DNA from: an uncultured virus (IMG/VR IMGVR_UViG_3300035190_000668)
Taxonomy: Duplodnaviria > Heunggongvirae > Uroviricota > Caudoviricetes
DNA length: 64,000 nucleotides
Reading direction: 5' to 3' (one strand)
IMG/VR virus record: IMGVR_UViG_3300035190_000668
How positions within the stretch are numbered: the first letter of the stretch is position 1; each line of letters opens with the position of its first letter. The position numbers and the translations under genes were made by a program. The notes beneath the pieces are model-generated. The model searched no databases and was not told where the DNA came from. It saw nothing but the letters and a program-made list of their open reading frames with translations. Positions 46,093 to 54,081 of this stretch are shown piece by piece.

Positions 46093-48126
46093 TTAATATG
46101 TTTTAAGTTCGCAAGCATCTGTTGAGCAGTAGGCTTCACCTTGAGCCTCAAGGTTTTCTACACCATCATAAATAGCAGACCAATCAATCTTACCAATTGT
46201 TCCTACGTATGCGTTGTATTCTTCTCTTGATATTTCTGTATATGGCTGTTGAGGATATGTCTTATTGCCCATTGGAAGAAATGAGACTGCCTTTAGCTGA
46301 CCCTCATACATATTTAGAGCTGGGGCAACAAATTGCTTTTCTGTGTCTTTATCAAAAGAAAGAGTTACAGAAACACCATTATCTGACCAGTACTTCTGAG
46401 CAGTTGCTGCCAAACCAATCTTCTCAAATAGGCTAACCTGCTTCTCAGCACGTCTATGTCCTGATGCAACTGGGAAGTAAACCACTGATGTATTTGCTGA
46501 TACTAGATCATCTTCAATCTTATACCCTGCAGCTTTGAAAAGATGTAGCATTGGGTCTTGGTTACCAAAGCGAATGGCACGTAGATAGAACTCTCCGCCA
46601 GGTCCCCAGTGAACTCCAGGAGTTGCACCAGAAAGAAGGGAAACTGATCCTGATGGCTTGACCGTTGTTACACGAACTGATTCACGAACACATAGCCATT
46701 CTGAGTACTGGTGATCATATTTACGAATTGTGTTGTAGCCTTCGTCCATCCACTCACGGGTTGTAGGTAAACCATATTGATCTGCAAATGCAGCAATACC
46801 TGTCAAAGATGTGCCAATGCGACGGTTTCTTTGCATAATACCGTTTGTTACTGGCCAATGTGTTGGCATAAGAGTTACAGTCTTTCCATAAAGATATGCA
46901 AACTTCAATGTCTTGAGGAAGTCCTCCTTAGACTCATGACGATTAAGGTGCACTTCTACAAGCGTACAAAGTTCGTATGACTCTAATGGCTGCTCCGCAC
47001 AAGGATTGAATCCCATGATTCGGGAATCCTTATAGTCTGGTGCATCTGCAAGGCGACCATAATCTCTTGCAACATCAAGCCAGATAAATCCTGGTTCTCC
47101 ATTGTCTGCAATTAAATCAACATAATCTTCATACTTTGTTCCAACTTCAGCAGAAATAGAATTATTAGACATCCATGCCCAACCTGGCTTTTCTGGATCA
47201 TAGGAGTTACGATCTGGAAATACTTCTGGGTTCTTAAGATTAATAAAACCATTATCTTCTGGAGTACCAAGTGCAAGAGTTGCAGAGCGACGAACATTAC
47301 CAGATACAACACATGTTCCAATTAGGTTAACAATGTCTACAATAGCACGGCTATCTAAAGCTTCTCCTGCTCTAGAACCAATTACATTACGAATGCGTGT
47401 ATGGAGATCAATAAGTGGTGCTGGACCGCTTGCAACGCCACCAAAGCCCTTAATAGGGGCACCTAGAGGACGGATAAGGTCATAGTTAAACTCTTGTACT
47501 GGTTGATTTTGACGAAGGAATGAATTAATTAAAAGACGGACTGACTCAACCCATCCTTCACGGGTATCAGGAATTTCATAAATAGATGCTGGCTCAGTAG
47601 GAGCATAAATAGACATTTGCTTGTCTTGTCCAAGGGTATCAAACCCTACTCCAATACCCAGCATTAATGCATCCATCACCCAAGCAAATAATGCACCAGG
47701 ATCATTGCGATCAATGTCTCTTGTTGACACCATTGCACAGTTTTGAAGGGAAGCGGAGTTACGCTTTTCCATTGTCATGGGAGTTCCAAATGCCCAAAGA
47801 CCACGGCCTGGTGGTGTCCACTTTAATTCAAACATTCTTTGAAAGGCTTCTTGTGCAGACTTTTGTGCTTTGTTATCATTCCATGGTAGACGATTATCTT
47901 TGGCATGATTCTTTTGTACTGAATACATACCCTCAATTACACGACGACAAACTTCATGCCAGCGCTCTTTAGTTCCATCTTCCTTGACACGAGAATATGT
48001 ACGAATAAATGTTATTTCTCCCAAAGAGTTAGACCCTGCATCTGAGAATCCAAAAGGTGCTGGAATTAATTGATATTTATTTACAAACTCTTCTGACAAA
48101 CGAAATGAAAATACGCTTTCTGACAT
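46093..48126 (-). CDS. nrdJ: Class II adenosylcobalamin-dependent ribonucleotide reductase (monomeric RTPR type)
   Basis: RTYSR, PPGRGLW, NCA, GNVRRSA, GFNPCAEQ, TTVKPSG, C-terminal CSTDAC; no small-subunit gene nearby. Confidence 0.92.
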   Translation of the reverse strand: MSESVFSFRLSEEFVNKYQLIPAPFGFSDAGSNSLGEITFIRTYSRVKEDGTKERWHEVCRRVIEGMYSVQKNHAKDNRLPWNDNKAQKSAQEAFQRMFELKWTPPGRGLWAFGTPMTMEKRNSASLQNCAMVSTRDIDRNDPGALFAWVMDALMLGIGVGFDTLGQDKQMSIYAPTEPASIYEIPDTREGWVESVRLLINSFLRQNQPVQEFNYDLIRPLGAPIKGFGGVASGPAPLIDLHTRIRNVIGSRAGEALDSRAIVDIVNLIGTCVVSGNVRRSATLALGTPEDNGFINLKNPEVFPDRNSYDPEKPGWAWMSNNSISAEVGTKYEDYVDLIADNGEPGFIWLDVARDYGRLADAPDYKDSRIMGFNPCAEQPLESYELCTLVEVHLNRHESKEDFLKTLKFAYLYGKTVTLMPTHWPVTNGIMQRNRRIGTSLTGIAAFADQYGLPTTREWMDEGYNTIRKYDHQYSEWLCVRESVRVTTVKPSGSVSLLSGATPGVHWGPGGEFYLRAIRFGNQDPMLHLFKAAGYKIEDDLVSANTSVVYFPVASGHRRAEKQVSLFEKIGLAATAQKYWSDNGVSVTLSFDKDTEKQFVAPALNMYEGQLKAVSFLPMGNKTYPQQPYTEISREEYNAYVGTIGKIDWSAIYDGVENLEAQGEAYCSTDACELKTY

Positions 48127-48187
48127 TTTATATACCTTTCAAAGTAAAATTAACGGGAGTACTTCATGTTTTCTGAAGTAGTACCTA

Positions 48188-48196
48188 AGTATAACA
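48188..48196 (-). promoter_or_regulatory. Extended -10 promoter TGTTATACT for nrdJ
   Basis: Between the terminator and nrdJ; the leader carries inverted repeat TACTTCA-N7-TGAAGTA (48160-48180). Confidence 0.65.
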
Positions 48197-48202
48197 CACT
48201 TT

Positions 48203-48233
48203 AAAAAGAAAAACACGCTCATAAAGAGCGTGT
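48203..48233 (-). terminator. Intrinsic terminator after the fibre gene
   Basis: Minus strand ACACGCTC-TTTAT-GAGCGTGT followed by TTTTCTTTTT. Confidence 0.85.
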
Positions 48234-48275
48234 AAATCTTTAGTATAGAGTTAGTACTCTATTTTTTTATAAGTA

Positions 48276-51200
48276 CTATGCTGTTAGATCTCCAATTAAT
48301 ACCCAAGTGTTGGCTGCACGCTTAATAAGAGTTGCGCCACCCCATTGTGCTCTAATCTTTAAGCCTGGAGTAGCATTAACTGTTACGCCAACTGCTCCAG
48401 CTACGGTTGTTTGTCCTGATCCAACCTGTAGGATATCAATTTGTGTTCCAACTGGGAAGTTAACTGTTGAATCAAGAGGTACTGTCAAAGTATTAGCAGA
48501 ACCAACATTCATTTCAACTAGCTTTCCTCTATCGCCTGCAACTAGTGTGTAAGATGCTGTCTGTGAACTTGTTGCAATTTCTGATAGAACAATGTTTCCA
48601 GTTCCAATTTCATCTGTAATCATTGCTGCAAGATTTGCAGATGATGGTGTTCCAAGGAATGTTGCTACGCCTGTTCCAAGACTTGACAGTCCAGTACCGC
48701 CGTTAGCAGCAGACAATGGGTTGGTAAGTGTTAGTGTAGGTATTGTAGCTGTACCAGTAAATGTAGGTGATGCTAGAGGAGCCTTAGATGCAAGAGATGT
48801 TGTTACTGTTGTTGAGAAGTTTGCATCATTTCCAAGAGCAGTTGCCAACTCGTTCAGAGTATTAAGTGCTGCTGGAGCTGAGGCTACAAGATCTGCAACT
48901 GCTGTTCCTACGAATGCTGTTGTTGCTACCTGAGTAGTATTTGTACCAGCAGTAGCTGTAGGTGCTGTTGGGGTACCAGTAAGTGCTGGAGAAGCAAGAT
49001 CTGCCTTAAGACCAAGACTTGTTGAAAGTCCTGAAATCTTAGACTGAGCAATTTCTGCAGTTGCACTGATATCTCCATTAACAATTGTTCCATCAAGAAT
49101 CATTGCAGATGTTACTGTTCCAGTTGGAAGAGTTACAGTGCCAGTAAATGTAGGGCTTGCAAGTGGAGCTCTAGAAGTATCAGTTGCGTGAACGTGGTCT
49201 GCACGGGCATATTTTAACGATGTTCCTGTTGCAGCTGTTCCATTCATTACTGGAGTTGTTGATGATGCTTGTCCAACTACATATGCTGTAGTAGCAATTT
49301 GTGTTGTATTTGTATCAGCAGTAGCTGTTGTAGATAAAGGAGTTCCAGTCAGTGTTGGTGAAGCAAGGTTTGCCTTTAGTGCAAGGGCTGTTGTTGTCGC
49401 AGAAGATACTGGCTTATCAGCATCTGCTGTATTATCAACGCTTCCAAGTCCAACATGTGATTTTGTTACACCAGAGACAGTTCCTGTGAAAGTAGGGTTT
49501 GCCAAAGGAGCCTTTAGGTCAAGTGCAGTTTGTGTAGCAGTAGAGACTGGCTTTCCTGCGTCTGTAGTATTATCTACGTTACCAAGACCAACCATTGACT
49601 TAGTAATACCAGAAACAGTTCCAGTAAACGTTGGGGCATTGATTGGTGCCTTAGCAGCAAGATCAGATGTTAAACCTGAAATCTTAGACTGTGCAATTGC
49701 TGCTGATGCGTTAACATCTGCGTCTACAATTGTTCCATCTGCGAGTTTGGCTGATGTAATTGCTCCATCTGCAATAGAGAATGTATTACCAGTTAATGTA
49801 AGTGCGCTACCTGCTAGGTAGGTTCCAGCGCCTGAGAACTGAACGAACTCTATAGCATCTGTTCCAATAGTTGCAGGAGTATTAATTTGTACCCATCCAG
49901 TATTAGCATTAGTGGTACCTTGATCTACGAATACGAAGTCACCAGAATCAACTTCTGCTGCTGTATCAAAATCTGTAGCACGAGTTGGAGCACCTGTTGC
50001 TGCTACAACGTAAATACCATTTTGTGAAGTTGTAGTCTGGTTCTTAACCAAAATACGATCTCCAGTAGCAAGAGTAACTCCGTCAATAGTATCTCCATTT
50101 TCAACAGCAGTTGCAAGTGTTATGTTTGCTGTTGTAGCTGCCTTTACAGATGGATGAACATGAAGTCCTTCTACAGCAGAATCCACATATGCCTTTGTTG
50201 CTGCATGAAGAGATTCTGTTGGTGAACCTGATAGTGTAAGTGCTCCTGTCATTGTACCGCCAGCAAGTGCTAGCTTAGAAGATAGGTCTGTAGTAAGTCC
50301 TGAAATCTTTGATTGTGCAATTGCTGCAGACGCATTAATGTCTGCGTTTACGATTGCTCCATCAAGGATCATTCCTGAAGTAACTGTTCCAGTTGGTAGA
50401 GTTACTGTTCCTGTGAATGTTGGGTTTGCTAGTGGTGCCTTAAGATCAAGTGCTGTTTGTGTAGCAGTTGAAACTGGCTTACCTGCATCTGTTGTATTAT
50501 CAACATTTGCCAAACCAACATCTGACTTTGTAATTCCAGTTGGTGTAGTAATTGCTGGAGATGTTAGAGTCTTGTTTGTAAGGGTCTGTGTACCAGTTAG
50601 TGTAGCAACAGTTGAATCAATATCAAGTGTAATTGTATTTGCTACGTCGCTGTATACCTTGTCTAGTCCAGTACCAGCAACAATTGCTGTATTAACTGCA
50701 TCCTGTGCAAGTTCTGCAACATCGGAAGTGTTTGCCTTTAGATCAAGTGCAGTCTGTGTCGCTGTGGACACTGGCTTGCTTGCATCAGATGTATTATCAA
50801 CATTACCAAGACCTACGTGTGCCTTTGTTACGCCTGCAACTGTTCCTGTGAAAGTAGGAGAATCAATTGGTGCATAAGTGCTTGCTGCTGTTGCTGATGC
50901 AAGCTTAGCATCTAATGCTGTTTGGGTTGCTGAAGATATTGGCTTGCTTGAATCTGATGTGTTGTCTACATTTCCAAGACCAACCATTGACTTAGTAATA
51001 CCAGAAACAGTTCCAGTAAACGTTGGGGCATCTATTGGTGCTTTTGTTGAAAGTGTTGATGTAATTGTTGAAGCAAAGTTAGCATCATCTCCAAGAGCTG
51101 CTGCAAGTTCATTAAGTGTATTTAGTGCAGCTGGTGCACCATCAATAACAGATGTAACCTGAGATGTTGCATCCGCAATAGCCTCTGACTTAGCAGTAGC

Positions 51201-53561
51201 AATTGCTGAAGCTTGTGCAGTAGATACTGGCTTGTTTGCATCTGAAGTATTATCTACGTTGCCTAATCCCACCATTGTCTTTGTAATACCTGAAACGGTA
51301 CCTGTAAATGTAGGAGAAACTAGTGCTGCTTTAGTATCAATCTGGTTTTGAATTGATGAAGTAACTCCATTTAAGTATCCAATTTCTGTATCAGAAACAT
51401 CTGCTACACGAGCCTGGATTGCTGTTGTATCTACAGAAACTGCTCCAGTTGCATCGTTATATGAAAGACCAGTTCCAACAGAGTTTCCTACTGCATCTTG
51501 TGCTCTCTCTGTTGTAAAGTAAAGATTGTTTGTTCCCTCTGTAAGGAAGTCTGTATCAGAATCAGCTACTCCGTTTTCAGCATTAATAGTGAGACCATCT
51601 ACGTCTCCTGTTATTGTGATATTGGTTTTAGTTGCATTAAGCAAAAGACTTGCAGCATATTGTTTTGTAGCTAGGTTTGCAGTGTTTGCAATACCGTGAA
51701 CATCTGTTGTATCTGAAGTATGTGTAGAAAGATCTCCTGCTACAGCACTTGCTGATCCATAGGAATCGTATGTGTTTGTAGTTACAGAAATTGCTCCTGT
51801 TGAATCTGTATATGTAAGTCCAGTTCCAAGAGAATTTCCAATTGCATCTTGTGCTCTTTCATTTGTAAAGTAAAGGTTTGTTCCTTCTGCTAAATCAGAA
51901 GTTGTGGAGTCTGCTACTCCATTTTCAGCTGTAATGGTCAAACCATTCTTATCGCCTGTAATAGTAACATTTGTCTTAGTTGCATTTGTAAGAAGTTCTG
52001 CTGCAAATGCCTTAGTTGCTAATTCTGCAGTATCTGTAATACCATGAACTGATGTAGTGTCAGATGAGTGTGTTGAAACTGCTGTGTCTGCATAAGTCTT
52101 AGTTGCAACTGTTGAATCAATATCAAATGCTAAAGTAACTCCATTCCAATCAAGACCTTCTCCAGCTAAGTCTGGATAATCTCCTGTTGAGTTTGCAATT
52201 TGATCAAGAACATACTGTTGTGTAGCCAAGTCTGCTGTGTCTTCAATACCGTGTACATTTGTTGTAGCAGAATTGTGAGAATCTACTTTGTCTTGAGCAC
52301 CTGTTTGTGTTTCAAGAGCTTGCGTGTCTGCAATACCGTGAATATTTGTTGTATCTGAGCTATGAGAGCTAACTGCAGAGTCTGCCTTAGTTTGAGCACC
52401 TGTTTGTGTTTCAAGCAATGATGTATCTGCAATACCATGCACACCTGTTGTATCTGAACTATGTGTGTCTACTTTAGTTTGAGCCCCTGATTGTGTTTCA
52501 AGCAGCGATGTATTTGCAATTCCATGAACATTTGTTGTATCTGAGTCATGTGCTGAAAGAGCTGCTGCTGCGGTTGCCTCTGCTGCTGCTTGAGCGGATG
52601 TAGCCTTTGAAGTAGCATCTGCTGCTGCTGCTGAGATTGCTGCTGCTTGAGCTGCGTTAGCCTTTGAAGTAGCATCTACTTCTGCTGCTACTTGAGCTGC
52701 ATCTGCTTCTGCTTTTGCAAACGCTGTTGTAGCAATCTGAGTTGTATTTGTATTTGCTGCTGCTGTTGGAGCAGTTGGAACACCAGTTAAATCTGGAGAA
52801 GCTAATGGAGCTTTTGTTCCTAGTGCTGTTGTAATAGTTGTGGTGTAATTAGCATCATCGTTAATTGCTGCTGCTAATTCATTTAATGTATTAAGAAGTG
52901 CTGGCGCACCATCTACTAATGAATCTACTGCAGTTGAAATTGCTGTGTTGCGGTTTGAAACCTCTGTTGAGATTGCAGTTGAAAGTGCTGATGCTGCTGT
53001 TGCTTCTGCTGCAGTTCGTGCAGCATTTGCCTTAGATGTTGCATCTGCAGAGGCTGTTGCTTCTGCTGCTGCTTGAGCTGCGTTAGCCTTTGAAGTAGCA
53101 TCTGCTGCTGCTGCTGAGATTGCTGTAGACTGTGCTGCGTTAGCCTTTGTTGTAGCGTCTGAAGAGGCAGCAGAAATTGCTTCTGATTTTGCTGTTGCAA
53201 CATTAGCTGTTGTTGCAAGAAGAGATGTGTCTGCAATACCGTGAATATTAGTAGTGTCTGATTGGTGGTTAGATAGGTTTGTGGCAACTGTTGTAAAGAA
53301 AGCTGGGTCATCACCAACTGCAGCTGCAAGCTCATTAAGAGTATCTAATAGGGCTGGGGCTCCATCAATTAAATCAGTAATCGCCTCATTATTAGCAAAG
53401 TATGGAAGGTCTACCCAGTGATTTACACCATCACCAATCTTAAATCTGTTGTTATCTATTTCAAAACCAATTTCACCAGCGTTAAGGACTGGTCCTTGGC
53501 CTGAGTTAGTAGAAATCCACTGAGCTGCGGTTCCTCTACGCTGTTGCATTCTTGTTGCCAT
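48276..53561 (-). CDS. Long mosaic fibre protein (Mtd-N/hyaluronidase-N-like N-terminus, multiple fibre repeats)
   Basis: MATRMQQRRGTAAQW..GEIGFE.D..FKIGDG..W..LPY; 6x VGLxxVDNT, 4x APAxLxTLNELA, 7x H-x7-HGI; C-terminal TWVLIGDL domain. Confidence 0.85.
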   Translation of the reverse strand: MATRMQQRRGTAAQWISTNSGQGPVLNAGEIGFEIDNNRFKIGDGVNHWVDLPYFANNEAITDLIDGAPALLDTLNELAAAVGDDPAFFTTVATNLSNHQSDTTNIHGIADTSLLATTANVATAKSEAISAASSDATTKANAAQSTAISAAAADATSKANAAQAAAEATASADATSKANAARTAAEATAASALSTAISTEVSNRNTAISTAVDSLVDGAPALLNTLNELAAAINDDANYTTTITTALGTKAPLASPDLTGVPTAPTAAANTNTTQIATTAFAKAEADAAQVAAEVDATSKANAAQAAAISAAAADATSKATSAQAAAEATAAAALSAHDSDTTNVHGIANTSLLETQSGAQTKVDTHSSDTTGVHGIADTSLLETQTGAQTKADSAVSSHSSDTTNIHGIADTQALETQTGAQDKVDSHNSATTNVHGIEDTADLATQQYVLDQIANSTGDYPDLAGEGLDWNGVTLAFDIDSTVATKTYADTAVSTHSSDTTSVHGITDTAELATKAFAAELLTNATKTNVTITGDKNGLTITAENGVADSTTSDLAEGTNLYFTNERAQDAIGNSLGTGLTYTDSTGAISVTTNTYDSYGSASAVAGDLSTHTSDTTDVHGIANTANLATKQYAASLLLNATKTNITITGDVDGLTINAENGVADSDTDFLTEGTNNLYFTTERAQDAVGNSVGTGLSYNDATGAVSVDTTAIQARVADVSDTEIGYLNGVTSSIQNQIDTKAALVSPTFTGTVSGITKTMVGLGNVDNTSDANKPVSTAQASAIATAKSEAIADATSQVTSVIDGAPAALNTLNELAAALGDDANFASTITSTLSTKAPIDAPTFTGTVSGITKSMVGLGNVDNTSDSSKPISSATQTALDAKLASATAASTYAPIDSPTFTGTVAGVTKAHVGLGNVDNTSDASKPVSTATQTALDLKANTSDVAELAQDAVNTAIVAGTGLDKVYSDVANTITLDIDSTVATLTGTQTLTNKTLTSPAITTPTGITKSDVGLANVDNTTDAGKPVSTATQTALDLKAPLANPTFTGTVTLPTGTVTSGMILDGAIVNADINASAAIAQSKISGLTTDLSSKLALAGGTMTGALTLSGSPTESLHAATKAYVDSAVEGLHVHPSVKAATTANITLATAVENGDTIDGVTLATGDRILVKNQTTTSQNGIYVVAATGAPTRATDFDTAAEVDSGDFVFVDQGTTNANTGWVQINTPATIGTDAIEFVQFSGAGTYLAGSALTLTGNTFSIADGAITSAKLADGTIVDADVNASAAIAQSKISGLTSDLAAKAPINAPTFTGTVSGITKSMVGLGNVDNTTDAGKPVSTATQTALDLKAPLANPTFTGTVSGVTKSHVGLGSVDNTADADKPVSSATTTALALKANLASPTLTGTPLSTTATADTNTTQIATTAYVVGQASSTTPVMNGTAATGTSLKYARADHVHATDTSRAPLASPTFTGTVTLPTGTVTSAMILDGTIVNGDISATAEIAQSKISGLSTSLGLKADLASPALTGTPTAPTATAGTNTTQVATTAFVGTAVADLVASAPAALNTLNELATALGNDANFSTTVTTSLASKAPLASPTFTGTATIPTLTLTNPLSAANGGTGLSSLGTGVATFLGTPSSANLAAMITDEIGTGNIVLSEIATSSQTASYTLVAGDRGKLVEMNVGSANTLTVPLDSTVNFPVGTQIDILQVGSGQTTVAGAVGVTVNATPGLKIRAQWGGATLIKRAANTWVLIGDLTA
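49582..51031. repeat. 58-bp exact direct repeat (49582-49639 and 50974-51031) inside the fibre gene
   Basis: ccaagaccaaccattgacttagtaataccagaaacagttccagtaaacgttggggcat occurs twice. Confidence 0.85.
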
Positions 53562-53591
53562 TTAAACTCTCCTTATGGGTGATGTAATAGT

Positions 53592-53600
53592 ATTATAACA
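53592..53600 (-). promoter_or_regulatory. Extended -10 promoter TGTTATAAT
   Basis: Intergenic consensus match. Confidence 0.65.
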
Positions 53601-53605
53601 GATAA

Positions 53606-54064
53606 TTAGTTAAAGTTATCTATTGCCGTTCCTCCATCCCAGGTGTTTTCCCAGGATGTTGTATTATAATTTCCTGCACTTACTAAAACGCCTGGCTCAT
53701 CATATGATCCGCCAGACATAAACATACTAACAATTAATCCATTACCATCAATTGAAGTGTCATGGATATGATCTTGCAGAACCTCTGCATCAGCAAGTGT
53801 TGCAATTGCTACCCACTGGCTATCATAATAAACATGAACTCTTTGTGTAACACTGTCAAACCATAGATCTCCATTTGTTGGAGATACAGGTGGTGTATCT
53901 GATATTGGAAGGCTGGGTGCTCCAGCTGCTGAATCTACATAAGCCTTTGTTGCTGCATGATTTCCAAGGGTGGGAGTGGCAACAGTAACTGTTCCTCCAA
54001 ATGTACCGTCGCTATTAACGACAAGGCCATTTTTTACCTTAAAGTCTTTGTTGCCTGTTGCCAT
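53606..54064 (-). CDS. Short fibre-associated structural protein
   Basis: MATxNKxFKVKNGLVV N-terminus, AATKAYVD, P..P..GDLWFDS..YYDSQWV modules. Confidence 0.75.
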   Translation of the reverse strand: MATGNKDFKVKNGLVVNSDGTFGGTVTVATPTLGNHAATKAYVDSAAGAPSLPISDTPPVSPTNGDLWFDSVTQRVHVYYDSQWVAIATLADAEVLQDHIHDTSIDGNGLIVSMFMSGGSYDEPGVLVSAGNYNTTSWENTWDGGTAIDNFN

Positions 54065-54081
54065 CTCTCACTCCTCGTTTG

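Noticed and set aside
48127..48200. Cobalamin riboswitch or NrdR box upstream of nrdJ
   Set aside because: The leader is only about 55 nt, too short for a cobalamin riboswitch, and I see no convincing NrdR-box match.
48276..53561. Diversity-generating retroelement target (Mtd-like N-terminus)
   Set aside because: Only the N-terminal anchor is Mtd-like; no reverse transcriptase or adenine-specific TR/VR pair seen in the window.
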